Shown here piece after piece: positions 28,388 through 43,079 of a stretch of 64,000 nt of DNA (position 1 is the stretch's first letter; each line of letters starts with the position of its first letter). Source of the stretch: Octopus vulgaris (taxonomy: Eukaryota); the NCBI GenBank assembly GCA_951406725.2, contig OX597830.1, positions 74,524,001-74,588,000 on the forward strand, given 5' to 3'. A program made the position numbers and the translations under genes. The notes beneath the pieces were generated by a model. The model was not told the origin of the DNA, made no database searches, and saw only the letters and a program-made list of their open reading frames with translations.

Positions 28388-28620
28388 ATGTGTGTGTATG
28401 TGTTTGTGTGTCTGTGTTTGTCCCCCTAGCATTGCTTGACAACCGATGCTGGTATGTTTACGTCCCCGTCACTTAGCGGTTCGGCAAAAGAAACCGATAG
28501 AATAAGTACTGGGCTTACAAAGAATAAGTCCCGGGGTCGATTTGCTCGACTAAAGGCGGTGCTCCAGCATGGCCGCAGTCAAATGACTGAAACAAGTAAA
28601 AGAGTAAAAGAGTAAGAGAG
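28184..28620 (+). mobile_element. Full-length SINE family A with an internal (TA)/(TG) tract and a (GTAAAAGA)n tail
   Basis: tRNA-like head and tail ggcggtgctccagcatggccgcagtcaaatgactgaaac. Nearly identical to the copies at 32901 and 55759. Confidence 0.9.
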
Positions 28621-28631
28621 AGTACATACGT

Positions 28632-28667
<36 letters not shown>

Positions 28668-29722
28668 ACACACACACACACACACAACTACACACATATG
28701 TATTGGAGTAAGTTTAAAAGGTTGCTCCTACCGTATTTTAGAGAAACACCATGACTTGGTCGAAGAATCGAAGCCTTATCCACTGGGTGATCGCCTGACC
28801 AGAATAATTGCAACTGAGAGATCTCATCTTGAAACATCTAGTTCCTATATGTAGATAATACATCAGGCGTTATTTCAAGTCTTGTACCTCAAACCATTCC
28901 TTCCAGTAGGCTTTCAGAATACACTTTTACTCTTTTACAATTCTATCCCTTCCAGACAGTGGCAAAATAAAATTTTTCCAAAGAGCCGTCTATCAAGATT
29001 GAACTCAAAACCATTCGCTGCAAAACGAATTTCAGAGCTTCACTGTAAAGATGAAATTAATAGTGCGGAGAAGTCTCTCGTCTCAGACATTTAAACATTT
29101 AATCACTTTTTCGTTTCGTCCAAAGAAAACGCTATTAATTTCTCTATCCCATTCATAAGTGATAAACGGTGCCAATTACTTAAGTTTGTCTAATCAGTGA
29201 TTTGCCAATGATAGCCCTAATCGATAAGTGATTAAACCATATTCACTTCAGAACAGTTGTTCTGTAATCAATACAAAGACTAGAATTTTTGGTCTGTAAG
29301 ACAATGAAGCAAACTTAGGCACTAATATTGGTAATTTTGTGATGGCCTGCATCGACATGAATCGAGCTAAAAATTGAAAACTAAACGAGGTGTATAATTG
29401 GGATGAAATAGAGCGTTTCATACGGGTGTCTTTCCTCGGAGTGCATGGCGCTTCGACAACATACTCACCCTTCAGTTTACCGATAAATTTTGCAGAGATC
29501 GGTAAATAAATTAACTTTCGAAGATGGTGGTGGATTTGTGTAATTGTAGGAGCACCGTATGATATTATCCTATGGTATATGTTCCGAATATTTAAGTTTT
29601 CAGTTCTCCTGCAATGACTCAGTTGCGAAGCTCCTGTGGGCCTTTTCAATCTCGTAACATGACATTAGTGACGAGTACAGAGAAGAGGCTTGCATGCATT
29701 AACATTTGCTTGGGTTCTTTAC

Positions 29723-29728
<6 letters not shown>

Positions 29729-29796
<68 letters not shown>

Positions 29797-29824
29797 TAAT
29801 AATAATAATAATAATAATAATAAT

Positions 29825-29860
<36 letters not shown>
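29729..29860. repeat. (AAT)n microsatellite
   Basis: Directly visible. Confidence 0.95.
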
Positions 29861-29861
<1 letters not shown>

Positions 29862-30110
29862 GCAGTCTCCATGTGCTGTCATGCGCCTACAGAGTATCTC
29901 AACAGGCGTGATAGAGCAGCACAATATATTCACTGGGTTATATGCAAGAACCTGGACCCGCCCCATGATAAAAACTGGTGGGAACACAAACCACTTCTAA
30001 TGCTTGAAAATAATCACATCTCACTCCTCTGGAACTTCACCATTGAAACTGACAGAAAGATAGATGCAAATAAGCCAGACATTATATTGAAAGACTTCAG
30101 ACAAAAATCA
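29861..30110 (+). mobile_element. R4/Dong-clade fragment (post-Zn-knuckle region and start of the endonuclease)
   Basis: APTEYLNRRDRAAQYIHWVICK..WWEHKP..ENNHISLLWNFTIETDRKIDANKPDIIL. Confidence 0.88.
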
Positions 30111-30355
30111 TGGCAGACAAAAAAGAGATTGGCATAGATTTCCAGTCGCTCTGTTTTAAAAGGTTTGCCTCTTTATTAGAATCATCAAGAAATTATTAGA
30201 TAGCAGAAAAGAACAGAGAGTGTGGTACAGTAAACTGCAGTTAGAAGACCGCTACGCATGCAAGACATCAGGAGTTCCAACAGGGCATTAGTTAAATAAA
30301 ATAAAATAACAGCTTCATCATCATCATCATCAACAACAACAACAACAACAACAAC

Positions 30356-30740
30356 AAACAAGAGTACTTAGAGAGCGCAAACCTCCGCCAAGGCAACGCC
30401 AACGTCCTCTTCACGATTAGTCAGAGATGATTTTTAAAATGGTTGTATACTGTCAACTTAATGTGACAGTCCTATGAAGGGAATCATGCTTCTGCTATTT
30501 AACACTAGGAAGCAGCAGCGCTTCCTGTCGGCTTGGACACATTTCCTGTGTCCTTATGTTTGCAAGGGGAAGATAAGCACCTCCACCCAGCTAAGCTTGC
30601 ATCCAGAGACTAGCTTCTGAGTTTTTGCTCATCATCTGTCTGGAGTAGTCTAAAAATGAACACGACCGCTCTAAAAAATTAAGTAACGAAAAGAAAAAAA
30701 AAAACAGAAAAAATAATCCAGAATCCTTGTCCGGATTCCC
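30356..30740 (+). mobile_element. Partial Helentron-associated (HINE/DINE-1-like) element interrupted by a ~235-bp insertion
   Basis: Start aaacaagagtacttagagagcgcaaacctccgccaagg, resuming at ...aaaataatccagaatccttgtccgg. The insert carries a decayed minus-strand HHR-like motif (tccaga..atgatga..gctagtc tctgga). Confidence 0.45.
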
Positions 30741-31268
30741 CTCTCTACCTTAATTTCTTTATAAAGAACTTCTGACATCTATTTCACCCCTATTTCTATA
30801 AATAGAAAATCTTTTTTGTCTTCTGTTAACTGATCATTCTTCCCAACCTTCTAGCAGTTCAAAATAACTGAATATTCTGAATATTCGTCAGTCAGTTGAT
30901 AAACTCTACTACCTTAATGTTCTTAAAATTTAAATCGACATCTTTGTCTATACATCTACCTTCTCTATAATGTTATCAATTGATATGAAAATTATGTATT
31001 AATGGAAAACCTCTATTAATGGCTGATGCTTGCTCAACATTTTAAAACTGTTGTAAAACTTACAATATTTAATAAAATGATGTAGCGTGAAACGATCGTA
31101 CCAAATTACCGAAGTTATTCTTGTTGTTTATTTTTGATTATAATCATCCCAAGGATTTATATGGATAACACCATACAAAATTCTGGTGCATCTAACTTAA
31201 GTATCATATTCATTTGAATCTAAATTTTGCTGAACTTATATACATATATATATATATAAATATATACA

Positions 31269-31362
<94 letters not shown>

Positions 31363-32164
31363 ATATATATATATGGATGTATATATATATATATGTGTGT
31401 GTGTGTGTATGTATATATGTATGCATGTATGTAGCGCATTTAAATTATATATTCAAAGTGTCACTTGTTATTTTCTTTGGGATGAAGAGCAAATATAGAA
31501 CAAAATTTAATAAACGTAAACAAAGAAAAAGAAAACAAAAAACAAAGAAACGTATATATATTTCCCTTCGTCCCATTAACTTTCATACATATTCAAGATT
31601 AAACATATATTTCAGTCATTCCCATCTTGTTTCCTAAATTCATTTAGCACCTGTACGATATATATATATATATAAATCAAACGAATGATTCAAGAAAATC
31701 TTTAAAAATAAACCATTACAAAAAAATAGAAATATATAGATATATATATAAGGTAGAAGACAAATCTTAAGCAAATGAAAGGCGACGATGTTCTCAGTAA
31801 GTCTGATGTGTATTTAGAAAACGTACATCAAAGGTATGCTAATTTTTTTTTTACCTGTCTCCGAGCGAGTTAAATTGCCTTAAATTTGTGTGTTATATTA
31901 TGTATGTTTAGACAGAAGGAAAATATATTTTGACACACGTATATGTTCACATAGATATATGTGTAGTAATATTCGCACGGGAATTGACAAGAATATATAG
32001 AACGCACACATACGTTCACAGATACATGTAAGCTCACAGAAATAGACGCACAATACAACCACTACTACATATATATTTGTTTATGTGTGCCTGTGTATAG
32101 ATATACATATATATACGCATACAGTTATATATATTTACACACATATATATGAATATATGTATAT

Positions 32165-32223
<59 letters not shown>

Positions 32224-32900
32224 CATACAAGTATCTATATATGTATGTGTATGTATGTATGTCTATATGTATGCATACATATGTATATGTGAGTGTGTAG
32301 TGATGAAGTATGTCTGAGTATATATAAATAATGGGGTGTAAAGTTTAACAGCTATAACGGCAACGAATAATAATTTATAAGGCATTCATTAAAACAAATG
32401 CCATGCACACACACACACACACACACTTTCATACGCGCACGCGAACACACACACATACACGCACGCGTATGACTATACACATGTGTAAGAGAGAATGTAC
32501 CTGTGCGTATGCGCGTTTGTAAGACATTTTAAACCATTAAAAGTGATAAATGGACAAGCAGATTTACACACATATGCACAAAAATACATAGATACATCTA
32601 TGCATATATTTTCATGTATATGGATGGATCTCCGTCAGTTTAGACGGTGTACTTTTAGTTGGTCGACCAACCAAATTACCTGCCCCTGAATTAACACGTT
32701 AGCATCTAAAGATTTTACAAACCAGAGCATTCTTTACGTAAGTTTCAGACTAGACATAGGTCAAACTGAAGCTGTATAAAATGTCATTAGTCCATGGAGA
32801 CAAGCTCTATGGTCGAAACAAGGGTCTCATGCTTGCCATTGTCTGTGTACTGCAGGAAATAAATTAACACTTAAATTCAAAAGTATATATGAGACTGTAT

Positions 32901-33313
32901 TCTTTTACTCTTTTACTCTTTTACTTGTTTCAGTCATTTGACTGCGGCCATGCTGGAGCACCGCCTTTAATCGAGCAACTCGACCCAGGGACGTATTCTT
33001 TTTGTAAGCCCAGTACTTGTTCTATCGGTCTCTTTTGCCGAACTGCTAAGTAACGGGGACATAAACACACCAGCATCGGTTGTCAAGCAATGCTAGGGGG
33101 ACAAACACAGACACACAAACAAACACACATATACATATATACATATATACGACAGGCTTCTTTCAGTTTCCGTCTACCAAATCCACTCACAAGGCATTGG
33201 TCTGCCCGGGGCTATAGCAGAAGACACTTACCCAAGATGCCACGCAGTGGGACTGAACCTGGAACCATGTGGTTGGTTAGCAAGCTACTTACCACACAGC
33301 CACTCCTGCGCCT
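32901..33313 (-). mobile_element. Full-length SINE family A
   Basis: Reverse complement of the 28184 copy, with a (tcttttac)n tail. Confidence 0.9.
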
Positions 33314-33323
33314 ATATATATTT

Positions 33324-33357
<34 letters not shown>

Positions 33358-33786
33358 AAGGGGGTGTATGGAAGCATGGTACATAACAGTATCATCTCCT
33401 GTAAACACAAAACAATCTATAAACAATATATACAATACTGTGGAGTAAACTTTATTGAAAGAGAGTAAAATTTATTGAAAACCAACACTTCAGGTATTAT
33501 GAAAATAAGCTTCCTGTTGTACCTATTCCGAAGCAATCGCTGAACTGAAGAAAGGAAGTTATATTTGTAAATATATTCTTAACAGTTTAAAATTAAAGGC
33601 AATAGAATATTTTTTTTAATTTAATAAAAATTTAATAAAGGCCATTGAATATTTCACGACAATCTTCAAATTTTATAAAATTTTCTTCTATACCGTTTGC
33701 ATTTTTATGTTTTTTAAATAGACACCTTCATAATCATTAAAATTTCCTTCAATCTGAAATTTTACATTCTAATTATTCATTAATTG

Positions 33787-34826
33787 TTATAATGTGAATA
33801 TTTGATATTTAGTCAACATGCGCTTTGCATTTTTCAATGCAAGGACCCTATTAGACATGTTAATGATCATATGACGAATATTCTCTTGCGGAATTTGTTG
33901 CCAAGTTTCATGCAGTAATCTCAAAAGATCTGGCTTTGAAGATGCTTTCTTGACCTTTTTATGAAGTGTCCTATCCTTTGTGTCCCAGAAATGTTCAACA
34001 GGGTTTATATCAGGTGACTGGCTTGGCCATGGAAGCTTTTTTTTACTGTCATTTTCATCCAATAAATCGTGAGTCATTTAAGCCGTGTGACAAGGAGCCC
34101 TATCTTCCAGAAATAGTCTTCTTTAACTATTTCACTCGTGGAGAAGATTGGAAGGAGTCTTTTCTGCAATATGGATGCATAATTATCTGAGTTTATGTTT
34201 CCCTCACACCCCAGCAGTTCTGATCAATTATTGCTCCAAATTTCCCCCCAGACCATCACAGAATAGCTGCCGTGTTGCATTGTTTCCTGCAATCTGTTCA
34301 CATCACATTCTTGAACACAGAGTCTCCAGACTCACACTCGGCCACTGTCAGGAAATACAACAAATCTGGATTCATCAGAGAATATGACACTCCCAAAATG
34401 CTAGTGGCCTCTCCACCATTTCTCTAGCCCAATCTTTTCCCCGGTCGAAGAAATGTAAGCTGGTCGAAGAAATGACTTCTTTCTTGCAGCTCTGCCATAG
34501 TAACCAAGTTTCTGGAGATACCTCACAGCTGTTCTGGGACAGATATCAACTTGTTCTGCTATGTCAGAGGCCTCGTAACGAGAATTATCCTCTACACTTC
34601 TCTTAGCAAAGATAAGAGTCCTATCAGAGGGCTCTGGCTGATCTGGACGAAGTGGTGAGGATTCCTTCCCTTCTCGGGTGAATTGCGCGATCACTCTATT
34701 AACTGAAGAAAGCGGGACCCCAAGGTTTTCTGTGATTTTACGCTGACTATGTTGACCTTCACAATGACACGTAATAAGGCCTCTTTGAAATTCAGACAGG
34801 TCCAAGGCTTCTTTTATACATGGCAT
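33787..34826 (-). mobile_element. Decayed Tc1-family transposase (HTH and DDE domains) with stops and frameshifts
   Basis: LSEFQRGLI..SQRKI...GYYGRAARKK; VIFSDESRF; SVMVWG; EDRAPCH; WPSQSPDINPVEHFW. I count 35 residues between the second D and E, across an A-run. No TIR pair confirmed. Confidence 0.92.
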
Positions 34827-35000
34827 AATTAAAGAATTACGTATAGAATCTGAAACATAAAGATGTCAATTAATAAAAGATATAAACATTTACAAGTTAG
34901 AATAAACATAAAACGATGTTTTATGGGAGGTCTATTTACTTCTGCCATGTCATGTCTGTGTATATGTGTGTGTAAATATATCTTTTTATATATACACAAT

Positions 35001-35078
<78 letters not shown>

Positions 35079-35121
35079 TATAATGCATATATATATATAT
35101 ACAGTGCATATATATGTATAC

Positions 35122-35160
<39 letters not shown>

Positions 35161-35727
35161 CACTAATTGAGATTTTTCACATCCATAATTTTAGTTAGTA
35201 GTTATTTACAGTATATGTTCCAGTCCTACAAGTGTTTCAACTGCAGTGACTACCCAATGTTGGATATGCAAACCATGGTCGGTGCAGTTTCCTCATAGTC
35301 CGTCATGCATTATATATGACTTCAACAGTTTCAAATTCTGACCTCCTAATTAACCTCTGCATTACTATATGTGTGGTGTGGCTGAAAAAATACCATCCGC
35401 TTTGCTTGCACCACCAAAGCACAAAGGAAGAGTATGCGGTTGCTTAAGAACATCTTTTTTACTGAAGTGGATTAGTTCAAATTATTCTCATTTAACCGTT
35501 TTTGTTCTCTTGTAGCCTATCGGGTAATAGAGAGCGGATGCGGGTTGAGAAGCTACCCTCGTGTTGATCTTCAGAAGCTTAGAGTCAACCGCGAAAATTC
35601 TAATGTGGTTATGTTTAATGAAATCAATGAAGTCATAAAGCATAGCGGTATTGTGGGACACCAATGATGTCCCTAATCCTTCCCCAGTTATCTATCAACC
35701 AAGTGGTAATACTTAGTTTCGCACCAT

Positions 35728-35871
35728 CAATGATAAGATTGAGAGTTTTCCATATTGGTGGTACCCGCAAAAATAAACGGGTATACATATATTAATAGAT
35801 ATATTGATATATGTATACCCGTTTATTTTTGCGGGTACCACCAATATGGAAAACTCTCAATCTTATCATTG
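35728..35871. repeat. Near-perfect 70-bp-stem palindrome with a 4-nt loop
   Basis: 35728-35797 pairs with 35802-35871, with one T-G mismatch. Confidence 0.95.
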
Positions 35872-36034
35872 GTGTGTATATACATATACATAGCTGCTCT
35901 TTTCAAGTGAGTCGAACGACCTTCTCAGGGTCATTCCTTAATTATTTTTGGATATACAATATACGTATATGTATACATATATATGTATATATCTATCTGT
36001 CTGCCTCTGTATATGAGTTCATGTATATATATAC

Positions 36035-36089
<55 letters not shown>

Positions 36090-36115
36090 AGTGTGTGTTT
36101 GTGTGTGTTTGTGTG

Positions 36116-36375
36116 TGTGAATGTAATATGTGACAATTATTCAGTAGCTATGACAAAACCTCGAGTTTCGGATGTCGCGGCAGAAACCCTCGCCGCCATC
36201 TCTTCAGTTATCCGGCCATTGAAAAAATAGCTATGGTAGTTGAACTGAAAATCAACTAAATCAGCAAACTAAAAAAATATAAAAAGGGTCATTTTCATAG
36301 TATTTTTTCCAATGGCAACCGAAACTCGGAGTTTTATCATGGCTACCGAATAATTTGTCACATATGACATTCACA
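36116..36375. mobile_element. Short element with ~60-bp imperfect inverted ends and a hammerhead (PLE pseudo-LTR-like)
   Basis: 36116-36176 is roughly the reverse complement of 36315-36375. Confidence 0.65.
36152..36212 (-). ncRNA. Type I hammerhead ribozyme motif
   Basis: Minus strand: gataa CTGAAGA gatg gcggc..gccgc ga catc c GAAA ctcgag GTT ttgtc. Confidence 0.6.
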
Positions 36376-36441
36376 GATAAATTCCTCTATTTACATAATA
36401 TCGAGGTATCTTTCATTCTTTTGTTGTCTTACCATTTCTAT

Positions 36442-36495
<54 letters not shown>

Positions 36496-36799
36496 GGGAG
36501 TATGTATCGGCACAGACGTACGTACAAACATAAAAGAAAGATCGATATAAATGTATACATATACATATGGATATGCATATACATATAGAGATACAAATAA
36601 AAATAGTAAAGAGATACATATCCACATACATTGACGAAGGAACAGACAGTTACAGGTAGATAAGCAAACGAAAGGAGACACAAAAATTTGAGAGGAGAGA
36701 TAGAAGAGAAAACACCACACAAACAAACAACAATGTGAGTACATGCAAGATAAAAATGTATAAGAAAAAATAACATAGCAAGAGTACCAGAGAAGATAA

Positions 36800-36848
<49 letters not shown>

Positions 36849-37206
36849 GCAAAGAAAGACAGGTAGATAGGCGTATAGGGAAAGAAATAGTTATATATGA
36901 GTTGTCGCTCGAAAGGGGAGACAAAAGGAGAGTAAGAGATGTTTCTATGCCAATACGCCCGGTATCAACAAAGTTGGTGTCGTTTATTGCTATTTCACGT
37001 GTTTGCATGTAATTTGGGTGTGTTTACTTTGAACTGTCCAGTTATATCTACATCCTTACAAGCAGGCACATGGAACCTTTTCAGCCACTGGCACGCACGC
37101 TTCACATTGTGCACGATTGTGCGTATGTTCGGTGTACGTTTATACATACCGAGATATACTCATATAAACACATACACACACGAAAACAGAAATGCAGGCA
37201 CGCATG

Positions 37207-37319
<113 letters not shown>

Positions 37320-37560
37320 GCATAATATATATATATATATAGATAGATAGATAGATAGATAGATGGATAGTTAATTACATAAATATGCATATATACATAT
37401 ATATATGCATATGAGTTTGGGTAAGAATGTTTATATGTGTGTATGTAGATATATATATACACTCACACACAGTCCCCCACGTTCATATACATGTACACAC
37501 ACACACACACATATATATAGATATATACACACCAAATGTACATATATATATATATATATG

Positions 37561-37616
<56 letters not shown>

Positions 37617-38612
37617 TATTTAAGCAGTTCACTCACAAAATATATATAGGAACAAAATGCTATGTATGCATATGGTAATAGTTATATATACATATATTTC
37701 TAAATATAGATACGTAAATATATACATGTATGTGCATATATATATATATATACATATATATGTCTTCACACATACACTTATATTCCTATATATATGTTTG
37801 TGTGTGTACATATATATATGATATAATATATTTTAAAATATAATATATATAATAATATATTCTCGTATATTCCATATTCAGTCTTTCATTTGCTATATAT
37901 ATTTGTGTATATATATACATATATGTATATATATATGCGTGTGTGTGTGTGTGTGTGCATGTGTGTATCAGTATGTATGTATATATATGTATATATATAT
38001 ACACATATATACATATATATATGAATAAATATATATATATACGAATATATATACAACAACACAGCCAAATATATTACTATATATATATATATATATATAT
38101 AACCTGTGTAATGTATGTGTGTGTACGTAAACATACGTACACACATATATGTGTGTATATGTTTGTGTATATATAGCTGAATGTTACTGTTCATGTTTAT
38201 ATAAAAGCATGTATGTCTGTGTATGTATAAGGTAGGTAAATAGCAATGTGTCGCATGATTTATGCAAACCAGTCTTCATAAATTTAAATTTGACTAACAG
38301 TTACAGAATATATAAACCTCTGGGTATTTCATACTGGCGCTGAAAGAAAATGTTAGATAATTTCAATTTTTTCAAATTCAATTACCATGGAGACACAAAT
38401 TTAATGCTGAGAAATATGTTAGCTGGAATTGTGAATGCCAAAATCCGGTTTCGGTCTTATTACAGGCTCTTCATGAAGAATTGTCTTCTGATTTTGGGTA
38501 CAAAAGTAGTCTTCGTCCAGAGGGGATGACCAATGTTACACACACACACACGCCCACACACGTGCTCACACCCTCACACACAGTCTGAGAGATTTAAAAC
38601 CAGTTGTTTATT

Positions 38613-38663
<51 letters not shown>

Positions 38664-38944
38664 TTATACTTATGTATAGGATATGCCTGTATATAACGTG
38701 ATTGTACGTGTATATCTGTGTATTGCACATGTGAGTATTTCCCGTATTTCATAGCATAAAAGACGCACGGTCGTATTTTATGTATCCAATGTCAGTATTA
38801 TATTTTCATGAAAAAAAATATTTTAGAGCATTTATAGCTTTTGAAAGGTCCAATTTAGCATAGAGTACCCGGCCTTATTTTTGATACCTTTTAGGGGATA
38901 CAAACTGGGGATGATATGCTATCGAATAGGGAAAATGTGAATGC

Positions 38945-38997
<53 letters not shown>

Positions 38998-39149
38998 TAC
39001 ACGTTATAGTGCATATTTAAACACATAAGGAATCTACTTATAAGGATTCTACACGCTAGACGGAACAGCTAAGTTCTATAACCACAAAACTTGGGGATAA
39101 AATTCTACAGGAATAAATTTGGAAATGAAAAACATTTACCATCTAGTTT

Positions 39150-39223
39150 ACTGGAACAATTGGTTTCTGATCTTCTTTTAGCGAGTCAAGGAGAACTCAC
39201 TAGGTCTGATCGTCTTCAGCAGT
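39150..39223 (-). ncRNA. Type I hammerhead ribozyme motif, slightly decayed
   Basis: Minus strand: actg CTGAAGA c gatc..tagtgagt/actcgcta..gatc a GAAA ccaattg TTC cagt. Confidence 0.6.
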
Positions 39224-39357
39224 TCAAACCTAGTGTTTATGTGTTTAAATATACACTATATCGTATGACCAATATATAGTCTTTTTGACTAAAATTTTTT
39301 ACACGTTAGACCACTGGAAATGTAAATTTTAATTAATTTCCATTTCACTTTGATATG

Positions 39358-39408
<51 letters not shown>

Positions 39409-40129
39409 ATCACTTTTATGCTAATCGCACGTGAAGATAATAAAAACTACATCTTTTAGAAAACGTAGCAGCTCGTCTTACAGCGAAAGAGCCAGAAGGG
39501 GGCCTAGATGTTCGCTCAGTCAAACGATTGGGACTATTCCTGACCAACAATAAATCGTGAACCGTACTAGAAGTGGCGTAAACAAGGCTTTGGCAATTAT
39601 GTTTTTAAGTCAATTTTATTCTTTATAAACATGAGTGTAGTATCAAACTTGCAACAAATGGTCCACTGTCTATGTACAATTCCAAGAATATATAGTTCTG
39701 ATATATAGTAGATACAAATTAAAGTACAGGCTAGCCACGCTTGGACACCAGCATCACACGTTCTCTTCTCAATTCCTGAAATACTGGAGAGGCCATCTGG
39801 GATTATGTGATGTAATCGCAGTATAATTAGTGTACAGCAGCGTAGTTAACGGGGTTGCAGTCGACACGGGTCTATGCTTTTCTTGTATCGTCACTTTTAG
39901 ATCTGGTTTATAATATTATAGAAGGCCAGCGAACCGGCAAACGCAAAGACGGCACACGTTATGATACTACTACAGCAATTTAAGTGACTCAACGTTTTCT
40001 GAGGTTCATGTCCCTCAGCAATATTGCGAGATATAGGCTTTTGGCTTGCTGATACTTTAACACAAATAATTTGTGTATATATATATACTTACACATATCA
40101 AAGTATGTATATAAGTATGTATATAAAAG

Positions 40130-40347
<218 letters not shown>

Positions 40348-40415
40348 ATGGGTAATACTAAATGTACTTTTCATATTTTTTTGTATTGTGATGTAATTCT
40401 TTGGACTAACAATGT

Positions 40416-40510
40416 TTGCGGCTGAAGAGAGCTTTAAACCATCTTTTATGTCAATAATACACTGATATAATAACGGATTGTTTATAAAGCTTGAAACACG
40501 TTTACCGCGA
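40416..40510 (+). ncRNA. Type I hammerhead ribozyme motif
   Basis: ttgcgg CTGAAGA gagcttta...taaagctt GAAA cacgt TTA ccgcga. 6-bp stem I, 8-bp stem II. Confidence 0.65.
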
Positions 40511-40616
40511 TATCCTTTTTGTTCTGTTTATATATATATATACGTATACATATATGTGTGTTTTCTTTGAATGTGTATTTACATATGTGTTTCTCTGTAT
40601 GTGTGTGTATGTATGT

Positions 40617-40890
40617 GAAGGCTCGTAGCCTGGTGTTTAACGTTACACTCAAGATCGTGAAGTCGTAGATTAGAACCCTGGTTTTGGCGGCACGTTGTCT
40701 TCTTGAGCAAGGTACTTAATTTCACATTGCTCAGTTATTGTTCTGAAATTTGATATGTGGTTCACTTGTGCATCTCTATAGAAAATATCGATTGCATGCA
40801 GGGCGTCATCTGATCTGCGGCACTCACATTTGATCACTATACACAAATTATTTGCGTGGATCGTTCGGCAAAAAACTGCACACACATTCG
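40617..40890 (+). mobile_element. Degenerate tRNA-derived SINE (D/E-like)
   Basis: Head ggctcgtagcctggtg..., core gcacgttgtcttcttgagcaaggtacttaatttcacattgctc. Confidence 0.55.
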
Positions 40891-41391
40891 TCGTCTTCCA
40901 CAGGAGAGTATATGTATGTATGCGTGTTTGTATGTACTACGTACATATCTATTTATATATGTATGCATGTATGTATATTATGACGAAGAGCTATGCTCTA
41001 AGTGTCAACCCTTTCCTTTTTCCACCTTTACCGAGCATCAAACTAATACATTTTTCGTTATCGTTATTTTTAATATTCGAATATTCGATTGCCATATATA
41101 TATATATATATTTATATATACATATAAAACTTACTTGGAAAAGGATGAGTGGCGTTCGATCGTATAATAATATAAATAATATATAAATATAAGAATATAT
41201 ACATACATATATGTACATACCTATATATATATATGTACATATACATGCATATATGGGTACAGGACATAAAAATAAACGTGGAACACAATGAGAAACGAAA
41301 ACATAAAAACAAAAACATAGAAACGAACTTTTTTTCAAACAACGGAAAAAAAACAGAGTACAAGACATACAACATAGATAGATAGATATAC

Positions 41392-41445
<54 letters not shown>

Positions 41446-41811
41446 GTGTGTGTGAATGTGTATGTATATATGTATGTGTGTGTGAGTATGTATGTGTATG
41501 TATATAATGTTTGACATTTTGTTTAGGTATATTTAAAAGCCATTTGACTTTAAACTGAAGGATTAAATAAGTTTTAGAAAAGTACATGTTAAACTAATAC
41601 AAAGAAAGTGCTGCCGGTGACTTGGAAAGTGTATTTGTATGTGAGTGTGTGTGAGTGTGTGTGCATGTGTGTATGTATGTTTCTGAGTGTGTGGCGGGGT
41701 AAGTGTGTGTGGTAGGGTCGAATGTGTATTTGAATTATAGAATATTAGAATACATACACATGCGCACTCGCAGATGCTTATTTTACGTATACGTTCAAGT
41801 ATGCATGTGAT

Positions 41812-41850
<39 letters not shown>

Positions 41851-42446
41851 GTGTGTACGTGTGCGTGTGTTAGGCTATACACATACACACGTATACATAT
41901 ATATGTATGTATGTATGTATGGAAGTAGTTACGCAAATAAATTCACATGCGCATATTCACAGATACACACATACTTAAATAAATGCACACATTAACACAT
42001 ATACATGCATTTTCTCACACATACATACATACATACCTACATACATCACATAGCATAACATAACAGAACACAACATATATATATATCTATGTGGAAATAA
42101 CCTCTTAAACGCCGTGCAATCTACATGACAATTTGCCATTAGTTTTATCAACTTTACTGATCCATGTAACAATAAAGCGACTAATACCCACCACACACAC
42201 ACAAGCACACTGGTTTTAGACACCAGCTTTTACTCACAGAGTTAGTGTCTCGTTGCCAAAACTGCAGCCACCTACAGCTCTTCTATCCTGTTTCTTCCAA
42301 TAAATTGTACACATCATCTGTTTTGTACAGCGTTTTCGTTTTTCCAAGCCGGTTGAGAGTGTGTATGTCTTTCTCTTTCGTGTTTGTTTAAGCGTTGTAG
42401 TGCATTTGTATGGTTTCTGTATGATGTGGTGAGTTTGTGAATGTAC

Positions 42447-42506
<60 letters not shown>

Positions 42507-42858
42507 GTGAGTGAGTGTGGAAACAGAGAGAGAGTGTGTGTGAGAAGAAGATATGAACATGATGCTTTCTACCGGTTCAAGTATGTGTGTATGTGTGTGC
42601 ATATGTATGTACGTGTATTGATAAAGATACTTCTGATTCAGTCAAAATATAATGTGCGTATTTATCTGTGTTTAGGCACTCGAGTGTGTGTCTCTATGTA
42701 AGCATATACATACACGCACATACGCACACATAGAAGACAGACAGAAGAAGTTGATAGATAAGCAGATATATATATACATACGTATATGCATGTAAATACA
42801 CATGCAAACGTACATATATTTAAATATATATATATATATGTATATATGTATACATATG

Positions 42859-42906
<48 letters not shown>

Positions 42907-42948
42907 CATACATACATACATACATACATACATACATACATACATACA

Positions 42949-42980
<32 letters not shown>

Positions 42981-43025
42981 CATCAATATATACATAGAAA
43001 GACTGATATATAGAAAAACAGTTAT

Positions 43026-43079
<54 letters not shown>

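Noticed and set aside
29248-29649. 133-aa non-repetitive ORF
   Set aside because: No recognisable domain or splice support.
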